This document shows, in pieces, positions 1 through 13,186 of a stretch of DNA of 64,000 nt (its first letter is position 1; each line of letters opens with the position of its first letter). The position numbers and the translations under genes were made by a program. Source of the stretch: Bugula neritina (lineage: Eukaryota > Animalia > Bryozoa); NCBI GenBank assembly GCA_964035545.1, contig OZ037766.1, positions 24,234,126 through 24,298,125 on the forward strand, in the 5' to 3' direction. The notes beneath the pieces were generated by a model, which was given only the letters and a program-made list of their open reading frames with translations, was not told where the DNA came from and made no database searches.

Positions 1-2
1 AG

Positions 3-1148
3 GTGCTGCCCAACCACACGTACCGTGTGGAGCGCTCTGGACAGATCTCCGTCCAGAGCGAGCAGCGCCTCAAACCTTACCATGCCAGCCCAGACGCGGT
101 GGGTCAGGCTCCACCCCTCCTGGAGCCCCACCGTCAGCCCAACCGTCGAGGACGGGCTACCCAGCCCCGAGAGGTGGAAATCGTGGTTCCCAGAGAGTCG
201 GACCAGGAGCAGGCCGCCTTGATAGAGCAGCTGGAGCGACAGCAGAGAGAGGAGCGGGAACAGGAACAGCGGCAAGCCCTAGGACCACCACCCTCCCTGG
301 GGGAGGACACCCCCACCCCCGTGTTGGGTGAAGGCGGGGACCCCCCTACTAGGGTAGCCGAGAAGCCACCAACACCACCGGTGCCTGTTCCAATTGAGAG
401 GAGCCAGCGGTCAAGAAAACCCCCCAGGTATCTGGCAGACTATGCTGTAGGGCACCTGGAGTGGCCCCCTCATGAGGACAACCCACCCAGTACAGACGAC
501 CACCCCATCTTGGCTGGAAATTCCCTCCATCACCCCGGAGAATTCCACCAAGAAGAAGATTTCACACAGCTAGCACGTGAGTTACAGCTTAAGTTGAATT
601 CTAATCCTGATACCCCTGAGTATAATTTAGACACTGTTATTCAGACACTAGCATCAGCTATGGGAATTACCTCGCCAGATACCCAAACAGAGGAGCGTAA
701 GGATACCGAGGAGGCCAGTCGATCCGACTCCCCTCTTCCACCAGCTCCTGTTTCGGCTCCCCGCAGCCAGCAGGACGACACCCCCTCTTCCGAGGTGTGT
801 TCCGCCAGCGTTAGTGGCCCTGACCCCAAACCGGTTGAGCTCCAGCTCACAGCTGGGGAGGAGCAGGGCACTCTATACGGCGACCACCTCGCAGGCAGAG
901 ACGAAGAAGACTCTCCAATACTGGCAATGCCTCGGGCCCTGGTCGCCCGCCAGTATTGGATATCTAGAGCACCAGGCAGCCAGATAGAAGAACAGACTCA
1001 GCCAACCCACCCACAATTGCCCCGTCACGGGCAGAGTATGGCACTTCCTTACCGAGAGTGCGTTCTGGATAGCGCAATCGAGGCCTGGTCCCGTATCCTC
1101 GATCCAAGTACAGAAGAGATAAAAAGCCTGGTGCACCACCTCCAATGA
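3..1148 (+). CDS. Gypsy pol C-terminal part (integrase C-terminal region plus long Pro/acidic extension), 5'-partial
   Basis: Similarity to the pol tail of the second element; RSQRSRKPPRYLADY motif typical of the Gypsy integrase end; GC-rich relative to host DNA. Confidence 0.85.
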   Translation: MLPNHTYRVERSGQISVQSEQRLKPYHASPDAVGQAPPLLEPHRQPNRRGRATQPREVEIVVPRESDQEQAALIEQLERQQREEREQEQRQALGPPPSLGEDTPTPVLGEGGDPPTRVAEKPPTPPVPVPIERSQRSRKPPRYLADYAVGHLEWPPHEDNPPSTDDHPILAGNSLHHPGEFHQEEDFTQLARELQLKLNSNPDTPEYNLDTVIQTLASAMGITSPDTQTEERKDTEEASRSDSPLPPAPVSAPRSQQDDTPSSEVCSASVSGPDPKPVELQLTAGEEQGTLYGDHLAGRDEEDSPILAMPRALVARQYWISRAPGSQIEEQTQPTHPQLPRHGQSMALPYRECVLDSAIEAWSRILDPSTEEIKSLVHHLQ

Positions 1149-1328
1149 TAAAACCGGACAATTAGGGGCTGCTGTCAATAGCCACCCGAACTGTATATAT
1201 TATCGTGTTACGTGTGATTAATCATAATACTTTTCTGTTAACCGCATATTTTTCTACGTTGTGTTTCATTTTTGTGTGGAATCATTGTTCTGTTATCGAA
1301 AAGGGGATGCTTTTCGATGGGGGGAGAA

Positions 1329-1869
1329 TGTAATGGATTCTCATCCTCTATTGTTCTGAAATAACTGCGTGCATCAGTATACTATAAATACTGTTGCGTA
1401 TCATTCTTAATGCTGTAATTATAGTTAAGTAAGCTAGCTTGCTAATGCCTAAGTGTGGTGATTACTGTTAAGCTTTCAGCATAATGTAATTTTACTGAAA
1501 TACGCATTCTGAAGTTATGTAATATCTCTTTTACTAATAGTGCTTTTCTTTTGCTAATGTTGCTTTCTTTTGTGTGTGTCCTTTGTTGCTGAGATCGGCA
1601 TTTCGGTCTTCCGAAATGCCGATATTCGGCATTTCGGAACCCCGATCTCGGCAACAAAGGAATGTCTTTGTCTCGCTTGTATATAAAAGCCAGCGAGTTC
1701 CAGTGTAGTTCAGACTACTACTGGAACTCGCTGGTAGTAGGACCACATAAGCTGTATCTGATACAAATAAAGTTTATCTTTCATTCGTATTCAAATACTT
1801 GGCTTATTCTCTCTAACGCAAAGAGTATGTTCAAGCACTAGTTGCATTCATAACCCACAGTTTACTACA
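1329..1869 (+). repeat. 3' LTR (541 bp)
   Basis: TGTAAT...ACTACA termini, follows the PPT, TATA box TATATAAAA at ~1680-1688, AATAAA at 1766-1771; its 3' half is homologous to 5093-5386. Confidence 0.85.
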
Positions 1870-2154
1870 CTATAACCAGTCAAAATTTGCTCTTCAGTTT
1901 CAAATTTTTATTAGAGAACAGTTTGGATATCTTCTTTTTTGCTCTAATAAATGATTGTTTATGTGTAAAAACTGGCAAATTTTGTAGTAGTGTGTGATTT
2001 TAAAAGTTCTTGCTTTAAATCAAACTTTATATAACACTATAATATAATTATAAGCAGAGTTGTAGAAATAAAGAGAGTCCACAACTCCAACTACAAAACT
2101 AAATATTTGAGTTGTGTAAAAATAGATTATACAACATTTCTAATATACACCGAT

Positions 2155-3047
2155 GAAACATTTTTTTAAAACATTTTAGTAACCTTACTGAGAAACTGTT
2201 TTAGTAACGTTGTTTTATAACATTAACTTTATATTGGAGAAAAAACGTTGCATTGAAATGTTGAAGTAACGTTTTATTGATGTTTTTTGAAAACCTTTTT
2301 GAAAAAAGGTTTATACAACATTTCAAAATACATTCATGCAACCATTTTATCAAACATTTGAACAACATTGGTATCAATCGTTTCTTTAACGTTGGGTTAA
2401 AACGTTATGTTTATGTTTGCAGAACAACGTTGTTTGAAATGTTCTATGAATGTTGTATAAATGTTTAGTAAAACAATTTGGTTAAAACATTTATAAAACA
2501 TTTTGAAAAAACATTGATCCAACCTTTTTATCAAACATTCTATTAACCTTGGTAAAAATCATTTATTGAACGTTGAATTAAAACATTGTGGTTACGTTTG
2601 AAAGAAACGTTGTATTGAAATGTTGTATAAACGTTGTATTAATGTTTTATTGAAACAGTTTGTGCAAAACATTGATAGAATGTTTTGAAAACAACATTAA
2701 TACAACCTTTTTTTTAAACACTTAATAAACCTTTGAAAAATACATTTATTAAACGTTGGGTTATAACGTTAATTTTATGTTTCGAACAAACGTTGCTTTG
2801 AAACATTCTACCAACGTTTAATGGCTGTTTTGTTACAATGTTTGGGTCAAATATTCAATGAACGTTGTGATATACATTTATACAACAATTTTTCTCAACA
2901 TTTGTTAAATGTTTGACCAAAATGTTGACTTTAAACAGTTATCAAACATTACCATAACGTTAAACGGGAATGTTTGATGTTAACGTTGTGAACAAAACCT
3001 TCTGACAACACATCCAAAGGTTGTATAAACGTTTCTTGTTAGTTGGG
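2155..3047. repeat. Degenerate ~182-bp tandem array built from AACGTT/AACATT/AATGTT subunits; probable subterminal array of a non-autonomous DNA transposon
   Basis: AACGTTG..TTGAAA recurs at ~2244, 2426, 2606 and 2789; the array ends in TGTTAGTTGGG (3037-3047). Confidence 0.65.
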
Positions 3048-4927
3048 ACATTCCATATATATATCGTTTATATATTATTTCGATTTGTTAGCTATCACCA
3101 GCCTCTCTCTTTCCTGCTATGTTCTTCATGAACATATAAAAGACCAATTCATACGTATACAAAAATAGTATATATTATGTTACTTGTATTATGCAGTGTT
3201 GCTAAGTAATCAGATATTAGCCAAATATTTAACAAATATAATATATATTTATTACAGTACTACTCATCTTTCAGGGTTGCACGTTTTCACAGCAATGCTG
3301 TTCCTCCTATTATAATATTGGTTAAATTTGCATATAGAAGTAAGGCATACTGTTCACATTCACAGTTAGCATCATAAAAACCATCACATATAACCAATTC
3401 TGGCATTTTAGCAGCAGAAATATTCAATAAGAATGATATAAACATAGACTAAATTATAAGCCAAGGTTTTACAAGGTATTTTATACTCATCTTTTTTCAC
3501 TGTAAAGGGTTCAGGGTCACCGTGGGAGTTCCCCTATTGTCTATTCAATATATAGCGGATTCCCCAATATGCAGCAGTTGCATTAGAACACCATTTTAAT
3601 TGCAACATTATAATAGCATGTTTAGATCAACATGAAAATAAATCAACTGCCAGTGAGTGTTGCTGCATAAGACAGTGTTTATTGTGCAAACATAGGAAAC
3701 CCATTCACAGGTTGCCAGTGGTGTGGTTTAGCTATTTTGCAAGAGCACTAAATGCAAATGGCAGTTTAGTAAGTAATTATTTTTATAATGTAATGATTGA
3801 CTAATAGTTTAATATAAGCCAAAGTAGAGTAGTATTTTTTGTGACTTGAGGTTTGTACCACAAAACTACTATAGCGACAAAATAAATACTGTACACTAGA
3901 CAACAAAAAACATTAGTTCTTGGTTTTTTTAATGCATTTGCTCTAACTTGGAAAATTTTTGTTTCATCAACTTTTTGAAGTACAATATAAAATAATGTTA
4001 CAAGACAATCTGTTTCCAAAAATTTAAAAACCAGCTTTTCTGCAGTCTCTACACAGTTGGGGTTTAAGCTTCAGATTTCTAAGCCTTTTGGCTGACTATG
4101 TTTAAATTTGAATTAACCTATGAACAAAGTGACACATATCTTTATATATATTTTCAACTGATTCAGGTTATATAGATTGCTTTGATTTATAAATTACATT
4201 TAATGCAGTATATAGGACTGTATGCAGAGCAGAATTGTTATTACAATGTTTATAATTAGTGATTGAATTCCTCCGATATATATTATGGAAATTAATACTT
4301 ATGCAAGCTATTGATCATTATTATATCATCTTGTTTAACTGAGTAGCTATAGATGATTGTTTGATGAATGTCTATATGATATGTGGATAACTACATATAT
4401 ATTGCTTGTATAGTAAGGGAATAAAAACTCTGTGTACAAAATTTCATCAGTATTTAAACCAACATGTCTTGAACAATTTAAACGTGCCTTTTAAATGACA
4501 TGCTTCTTTTACTAGCATTAACATAGAATATACTGTGCGCACACAACTGATTGTTTATTGTTAACGGTATGCAGTCTCTCTAATATTGCACAATATAATT
4601 TTATTTTAGGTATGACTGGAAAAAGCGCTCTAAGTTTTACTTCAGCTGCTTCTTTTGCCCTTGAAACAATAAATTCATTTGGTATTGACTGTGATGAGGA
4701 CTGAAATATATCATGTACAATATTGTACACTTTTTCAGCTCATTGTGTATCTTTCTATTTATGTAGAAGAATGAAAAAGAAAATGAAAATGGATTTGCTT
4801 AAAAAAATTTAATACCTGTTGTGATTTAAATTTTTTCTGGTTAGTCATGTTATATGCAATTGTTATTTTTTGTTTTATAAACATAAAGTTCACTAATCCA
4901 GACCAAATTGTATTTTGGTATGAATTA

Positions 4928-5386
4928 TGTAATAAAAATATATTATAGAGGAAAGCATTTTTTCTTACTGCATTCTGGCCATCATAGGTATTTTAACAAA
5001 GCATACAATCACTGAGTATTCTTGTGGATTTTATAAAGTAGAGTTATCGTCTCTATTTTTTTACTGACTGCGTAATTTTCCTATACTAAATATTGTTGCC
5101 CGAAATAGACATTTCCGACTCCCGAAATGCTGAAGATCGGCATTTCAGAGTTCCGATTTTCGGACAACAAAAGATCCCTTTGTTCATTTCTCTAACCTAG
5201 TTGTGTATAAAAGCAGGCGAATTCCAGTGTAGAGTCAGTCTACCACTGGAGCTCGCCTGTTGAAGACCACTCTATTACGCTACAATAAAGATTGCTATAC
5301 TACTGAAAAATACATTCCCTCTTGTTCTCTCTTACAAAGAGTTATGTTCAGCACTTAAGTTTCATTCAACCCACAAAGTTACTACA
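4928..5386 (+). mobile_element. Solo LTR related to the LTR at 1329-1869 (left boundary approximate)
   Basis: Shares the CGAAATGC/GCATTTC inverted block, TATAAAA, hairpin, AATAAA (5284-5289) and the ...CCCACAAAGTTACTACA end. TGTAAT at 4928 taken as start; no clean TSD seen. Confidence 0.7.
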
Positions 5387-6151
5387 GTATTAATTACATT
5401 GATAGTTATAGACTTGCTATAATAAGGTGTCTATGTAACAACTCATTATCTTATATTTTAGAGGGAAGTCTTTAGACCTTAGATAGAAGATATAGATAAT
5501 CATATCTACTTTTTTAAATGCCTGCAATAGATGAAAATCTTATTAGGTTTGACCAATGACATAATATTTAATTGCTTTCCAAACTGCTATTGTATCAGTT
5601 GAAAAATATAATGTTGGGATAGCTATTATTAGATGACAAAATATTTGCTGTTGGAGTGCATTTGATCTTTGATAGAATATTAGACAAGGCATGCAGCCAC
5701 CTAGTTTAGAATAGAATTGACTACTAGTTATTGAACCATTATTGCAAATTTATGATGTTATCAGCAATCTGTATTTAGGGATGAAAAACCAGTGATAAGG
5801 CCAATAGCCATAGGCATCACGCAATTTTTGACTTGCTAAATCATGTGATTGGGTTTCTCCTTTATTATCTATACTTTGTTTTTGACTTTAATGCCTATTT
5901 GAGTCAGGCGCTAACAACAATCAAAGAGATAACCACCGAATCTTCTGCTCTACCAACACCCGTAGAGGAAAGAAACTTCAAAGTTGATCAGTGATTTATA
6001 TTACATTGCAGAAGGTACGTTGCAAGCTATAGTTTTATGAAAACTCCCAAAATTTGGATGTTGTGATAACTTGAATAAGATTCACAGATTAAACAAAAAC
6101 ACCAGCTCTTCTTAAATATTTGAAGCCAACAAAAGAAAAGAGAAAATAATT

Positions 6152-8069
6152 ATGAGTTTGAGACGGAGCCTTCTAGTGGGGACTGCTGTTGGTACTGCTA
6201 CATTCTTTGGTCCAGGCATTGTGCTAGGTATATTTTTAAATAAAAAATTTGAATCATTTGAAAGGTTTATGAAAAGGTTTGTCCACTCCAATTGTCAACT
6301 ATTGCGTTTGTCGCTGAACTGTTTTTTGGAATTTGCTCTTACATTTACCATCTAATTTTGTATGCATTGATGAGAACTAATACTGCAGGCTTACTTGTGA
6401 ATTAGAAGAGTATCTGTGACGTATAGCTAGCTTGATAGTTGAGTATATAAGCTTTTTTGTGATCATCTAACATTTTAGTACGAATTTATTAAAACATTAC
6501 CACATGGTATTTTTCATATTTCAATGCAAGTTTCATAATATCATCTGAAGCATGCTAATGATGCTATTTCTAGGTGCATGTGGCTTCACTCCAGCTGGTG
6601 TGACAGCTGGAAGCATAGCAGCTGTGTGGCAATCAGGTATTGGCAATGTCGCTGCAGGGTCAATATTTGCTGTTTGTCAAAATCTAGGTGAGAGATGAAG
6701 GCAACAAACTCTAGCGATTCCTAAACCACCATATTGCTTTAGGAGACTGACTAGATAGCTTGATTTATCAAAGTATATTTCAATAAACTCAAGTTCCTTC
6801 TAAGCTACAAATATAACTGCAAGATTTAGAAACATAAAAACTATACATCAATGCCCTCTCAATAGAATTTTGTACCCGTCCCTCTGTAGAATTACACTTT
6901 TACCACAATGTCAATTGACAATTCAGAATTGATTAAAACTAGACATTTGAGCATGGAAAAGAGTTTTGTTTATAGCAGGTAAATACGGTATATAAAAGCA
7001 ATATATAAGCAGATGTACTGATGAGGTAGATAAGATAAGTATCAGCACTACGGTGGATGCAATCGCAGCAGTAAACTATATGGCTGGTGCATATAGAAAG
7101 AACTTAGAGTAAAGGCCTGACCACACGATCGTGAGAATCACACGAAATCGTCTATTTGACACAAAAAATTATTTGTACAAGAAAATTTGAGAGAATTCAA
7201 ACGAAATCCTCATCGTTGGGTGTACACAACGTTGACGATGGACGAAAAATCACAATCGACGATAAGTACCATTTGATTGGTCAATAGAATTTTAGCAACA
7301 GTAATTATTTCATTTCTACCACGTTTCTCTATTTGACAATTTTCTGTTGTTTGTACCTCGTGCAAGACTCGATTACAGACTATTTATTATGTGTGTGGCT
7401 GGTCAAAACAAGAGAATAACTCACGAAAATCGTCACACGATTTCGTGTGATTTTACGATCGTGAGGCCAGACCTTAACATAGATTATGCAAGATCATTTG
7501 TCAATAATTACTTGATATGCAATATAATAATTGCATAATTAAAGATCAGACAACTCTTAATCAAGCAAGCCACATCTTTTTATCAACAACTAAAATACAT
7601 CCTAGCGCATTCCAAAATATATTTCATGTTAAAATATAATTTATTAATTAGAAACTATTGTTATATGTAACATGGATGAAACTGTTGTGTGGTGGCTATA
7701 GCTTGGCACAATGTGCACTAAGTCATGGGTTGTGAATCTTAACCGGGCTACAGGCGATATCAAGAAAAGTATTAGATCAAATGACCATTTCTGTGTTACT
7801 GTGCACATATATACAGTAATTAGGCTACTTTAAAACCACCCATATCAACAGGAGGTTTTGCAGGGTGGAAACGCTCAACAAATTAGATGAAATTTCATTA
7901 TTATGTGTATACTAGTGTAGTGTAAGACTATATGATATATTATACACATGCATATGTTTTAGCTGCCACAGGAGTCGGTATTAAAACAGCCGGATGTTCT
8001 GGGATTGCAGCAGCAGCATTATCCTCAAAAAAGATCCGAGTCAAAAGCATTTTGAAAAGACTAAAGTAG
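6152..8069 (+). CDS. IFI6/IFI27 (ISG12)-family small hydrophobic protein, 98 aa
   Basis: Exons 6152-6227, 6574-6687, 7963-8069 (GT-AG, phases 1/1) give MSLRRSLLVGTAVGTATFFGPGIVLGACGFTPAGVTAGSIAAVWQSGIGNVAAGSIFAVCQNLAATGVGIKTAGCSGIAAAALSSKKIRVKSILKRLK*, containing the ISG12 motif GFTxxGxxAGSxAAxxQSxxGxVAAGSxFAxxQ. Confidence 0.88.
7113..7474. mobile_element. PIF/Harbinger-type MITE in IFI27-like intron 2
   Basis: ~38-bp imperfect TIRs (AGGCCTGACCACACGATCGTGAGAATCACACGAAATCGT / ACGATTTCGTGTGATTTTACGATCGTGAGGCCAGACCT) flanked by TAA at 7110-7112 and 7475-7477. Confidence 0.8.
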
Positions 8070-8461
8070 TACTATACGTAACGTGATGCATGGCATTATT
8101 TAAAAAAGCGTGTCCAGTTGAAGTACAATTCAGTGGCTCAACAAATTATTTTATATTCCATCAAAACATCTTAAAACTTTTTATATTAGTATTTCTATAA
8201 CTTATGTCATGCAATAAATAGAGCAAAATTAAAGCTCATCAGAAATAATAATAATTTGAGCCTGAACAGACAAAATTAGCAGAATTATTAAGCTTTTTAT
8301 AAGCTGATCCTCTTTATTTAAGGCAAGAATGCATTTATTAGGTAACTTGTGACCAATAAAACCTGCTTTTCAGTTAACTGTATTATAAATTTTGAAATTA
8401 CAAGATGAAAATATGTTGATCAAATAAAACAAAGTTTTTGTCAACAAAAATATAATTATAT

Positions 8462-8595
8462 GAAGGAGCCGTGGTCTAGAGTTTAGAGTGCTGACTTAGT
8501 TACTGCAAGGTAAATGGGCTGATTCCTTAATAAAGGCTATTGATTTGTGGTGTCAAGAAGGGCATTCAGTCATATACTTAGTCTTATGTCACAAC
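8462..8595 (+). mobile_element. tRNA-derived SINE, degenerate copy
   Basis: GGAGCCGTGGTCTAGAGTTTAGAG head resembles the copies at 56763-56840 and 62810-63083; followed by GGTGTCAAGAAGGGCATTCAGTCA. Confidence 0.55.
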
Positions 8596-9214
8596 AGAAA
8601 AACAATTCTTATTTGTTCAAAATTTTTTTTTTCACGGCTTTTCACTGAGATTGTGACTTTAAACTCATGTGAGTTTAGTCATGAACAAAAATACTAACAT
8701 GCCTGTTGAGTTGCCTAAGCTTTTAATTGATATCCCTGCCAGTGTTATAATATACTATATTTCAACACAATTGTTGACGTTGGATTGCTTTAGTTATAAG
8801 TTACAATGTTATACAGATTTTTCTCAGAAAACATTCTGCTCAATGATTTAATATACTATTTACAAGTCAATATAATACATCCTATTATGTTATAATTGGT
8901 CAAGTAGTGTTTGGTTAGAAGATTGGTAAAAAAAAATATGAGTATATATATTTTTTGAAATCAACAGAAAAGAATTGGACGCATTTTTATGTATGTATAC
9001 TAGAAAAATGTTAAATCGTCGACACCAAAAAAATTACCATTTTACACCAACCTGGTATATAGATCAAGCTCTCATTGGCTGTATTACGTGCGTTCATTTT
9101 ACATTAGTTCTGTTTACTTAGTGTTAACAAAAGACACACATGTTTTGAGAAAATATGCTAGAAATGTATCCCAAGCTGGGTTAACCTTTTCTTGTCATAT
9201 ACTGTGTTACTTAC

Positions 9215-12200
9215 TCTTGGAAATAAGCGACGGTAGCCAACTTCTCCTGCATGTGCAAGGGGTACTCAGAGAAGCTTTGTACATGCTGCAGGCCGTATTT
9301 AGCTAACTGAACCTGCTCTTTAGTTCGTAAGGTAGGATGCTGGTTAAGAATTTCTCTCACATCTGCACTAAGTAGGATCTGTCGTAAAATGATAGTATCA
9401 TCAAAATTAGTTTAGTATAATATTATTGACATTGAGCTGTTTGTTTAGAGGCAAATAATGATACAATGTAATAAAACTTCACTTGTGTTCATATAATTGA
9501 GGCTTGTATATCTTGCTTACTTGTACTTACACTTTATATTTTCACTTGTTATTCGCTATAACTTATCTATAGTTAAAAACATGCAAACCTACATATATAT
9601 ATGTACTAGTATATACCATGTCAGTATTTTTTTAATAAACATTAACTGTTAAATTTAAATAATTATATATGTTATTTTACAGGCCAATCAATCCTATATT
9701 AATTGGCTAAAAATTTATTTATGAAATTGGATGCTATAGCAGGTTTTCTTGTTTAAAAGAAACATTGAAATATTATCTTGAGCTTTTGCTCAACAACTCA
9801 ATAAGCTATTACTATGAGTAAAAATATTTTATTGTTATATTAATACACTTTATTCACGTATTTTTATTTTATTTATTAAATTTAATCTTTGAATATATGC
9901 GCGCCTATATTTTATATACATATACTGCTTTAAAAAAATACACAAAATATATTAATGAAACATTATGTGCAATGTATAATATGTATTATATTATGATATT
10001 TTATAAATCACTATTATTATAAATTTGAGAGTTATAAAAAATACAACAGTCTGCAAAACCACTCTTTTACTATAAAATAAATGTAGTAGTAACTGTATTA
10101 TTTGTTTATAGTCATTAAAATAATTATATTTTGATTGCACTTAAATAGACTTGCAGTGTTGTTTACTAACATATAACTCCTTTGAAAATCGTTTTAAAAC
10201 ACTATATTGCTTTTATGCTTATGAATATTGTGGTTTAATATAATTAACCTTGAATTATTTTCACTTATATAGTATAAGAGTCAGTTATATATAACTTTTA
10301 TTTCACTTGATATAAATCATATAATTTTTCATTACGTTATTTCTTTTATCCAGCTCAATTCTATATAACCCTTATATATAGCTATTATAAGTTTAATATA
10401 GGTTTAGTTCTAGCAACATTATTGGCTAATTGTATGCAATTTATAAATTACCATAATTATATACATGAATTAACATGCATTCAACATTCAATATACCTTC
10501 TAACATCTAATCGAAAAAGTCGTAACTAAAACATGATATTTACAAAAAGTTATTACTCCTTTTGTTCATTATTAAGTTATCACAGCACAAAATTTTTCAC
10601 AGGTGGCTTTTGCAATGCAATGCAACTGGGAAAAATTTCAACTCATCCAAATTGAATTTCTGACTGAAAACCGTGAAAGTATAAACGAAACTTAATATGC
10701 ATTTTGATTTATCAAGTATATAATATATATATAGTAGCTCAAAATGTTATAATAAAATTTAATTTATACATGGCAGTATTAAGTATTAAATGCAAGAATG
10801 TTCCTAAATTAATTATTGTTCTTTAGACAGCTTATATTGGCCACTTACTTCTTTCTTATATTGATACTCCTTGGCATCAAACGCATTGCCGTCTGCTGTT
10901 ACCATTGAAGAGGCAAAATCTTGCGTAGCTAAACCAGTTATAGCCTCTGAACCACCACCCCCAGTCTTTTCAGCTCTAAAAGTATGAATTATGACAGCAT
11001 CAGAAATATTTGAACACAGGCTATAAAGATGTATACTATAGAATTCACGGGCAAGAGAAATATCTGCTTATATATACTGCCTTAAATCATTTACACTGAG
11101 ATCATCAAATGAGATGGTGAGAATCTAAAGCATTTATAATCTGGTCTTCAATAGCTGATAAGTTTCAGATAATGTTTTGCAAATGACTTTAGCTAACTCA
11201 GGGGTATCTGTTCAAATTCTACATTTATAAAAAAGTTTTGTGGGCTAGTTAGCTTTAATATAACAATTTCAGATTATAAACTCTATAGGAGACTCACTTT
11301 TAAATATATATTATCACAATGAAAAAAATAATACAATACCATTTCATTATTTTTAGTTTGATGTAACACACTGCTGTTAGAAAGCTAGCATATTACAGAG
11401 AAAATCTTATATAAATGGATTTGATTTACTTACTCTTCTCTCAAAGCCTTTATCCATTTTGTGAAGACAATAACAAACTTGACTACTTTCCGAAAGTAAA
11501 CAATAGGCTGTAAAGTAAAGGATGTATGATCTAAGAGTTTTACTAATTCAATTAAATTTAAATAAATTAATTGTAATCATGCCTTTATATTATAAGTCTC
11601 ACAAGGTAATATAATTTTTCTATACAAGCTCAGCAATTTAAAATAGAAACTATCTAAACCTGCTAATAACCTTTTAGTCTAAGAACTTACAAGATGTACG
11701 CTAAGAATGCACTGAAACAAATATATTTCTGCAAAATAAATTACAAAGCTATAGTACATAAATATGCGTGCATAGCTAGGAAATGGTCAGACTAAAACGA
11801 CTAAAAGACTTAAAATGTAATCAGAAGTTTCAAGTTGATTCAAGCTATTGTCAAATGCTTTGTCGTTGCTTGTATCTTTACTATGCTGATTTAATATATT
11901 TTACACTTATAAGGTCATGATTCTGAGTGACCTTTACCCTATATCTGTCGTTGAGCATTGATATAACCATTGAAATATAGTTCATTGTATAAAACCATGT
12001 TTTATGCTGCAATAGATTTTCTTTACTACTGTAATGGGGCGTGGTTTACACGTCATGCGCACCCCCTGCCAATCACAGAGAGTTATAGATAACGATCGTA
12101 TTAAGCCATACAGGACAGTTAGTAGTTAGTTGGAGCGTAATTACAGTGATGTAAAGTAGCAAGTTCCGTGATACATAGAGATATTTTTGCATTGTATTAT

Positions 12201-13093
12201 ATAATTTAATAAAGCTTCTAACCGAAACTACCCTTGAGTTATCGGTGACTAAATGCTAATTAGACTCGCTAAAAAGCCCACATAACTATTGTGCATCGCA
12301 CAACACTACCTAATTAGAGCTAACTCAAATCATGGGTTTTGTTAATCCTTTATCCCTGCAAAAGGATCTGATAAGTAGTTTTAAAGTGAGCTAAAAGCCG
12401 TATTATTGTAGTACCAAAATAATTATAATTAAACAATATTTCTGAGACCATTGATTGAGATTTTGTTGAGATTTTAGCACATGCTAGACTACATCTGATA
12501 ACCACTAACAATTATATTCTTTGTAATCAATATCTTACCTGAAAGCCTTCTCGGATGTTCCAACCTTTCGGCATCGTCTTTTTGAGCTCTTCTTCGAAGC
12601 TCTTGGTAGCAACACTTCCTTTGCGTCTAGTTCCACGAGTCTGTTGATTAGACAGAGGAGTGACATCATTAGTGCCTCTGGTCACACTTAGCTTACTCCC
12701 CTGTCTCTGAACACTCTTTCTTGATGGTCGATTTGTGAATGTATTCTCTCTACTCCCTGAAACATTTCCCACAACTGTATACTAAACGACCTGTAACGCC
12801 AAACATAGCTCATACCATTGTCTTATAATTTCATTACATCTTAAAAAATAATCCTTTTACGGACAAAATTTTAATGTCCCTAATAAAACTTTGAATAAAG
12901 TTTTTGAATAATCTTATGTAAAACTTTGAGCCAAACAAAATATTTTTAAAGAATGAATTTAATTGCTTACAGATTTGTGCTTAAAAAAATTTTATTTACG
13001 TAAGCCTCTGTATAAAGTCACAAAATGAAACTAAAGTTATTCTAGCCAATATTTGAATTTTTAAATAAAAAATCTAATACAAGCAATATATAT

Positions 13094-13186
<93 letters not shown>

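Larger units (their letters stand above)
1..1869 (+). mobile_element. Ty3/Gypsy LTR retrotransposon, 3' portion (pol C-terminus, PPT, 3' LTR); 5' part outside window
   Basis: ORF 3..1148 begins LPNHTYRVERSGQISVQSEQRLKPYHASPDAVGQAPPLLEP, close to the integrase tail of the element at 50710..54714 (MPNHTYKIERSGQVSIQNESRLKPYWASPDGVGEAPPLLEP). PPT GGGGGGAGAA at 1319-1328 abuts TG at 1329. Confidence 0.9.

Noticed and set aside
3275-3768. Possible + strand exons (3275-3339, 3710-3768)
   Set aside because: Splice-like sites are present but there is no recognisable protein or consistent model.
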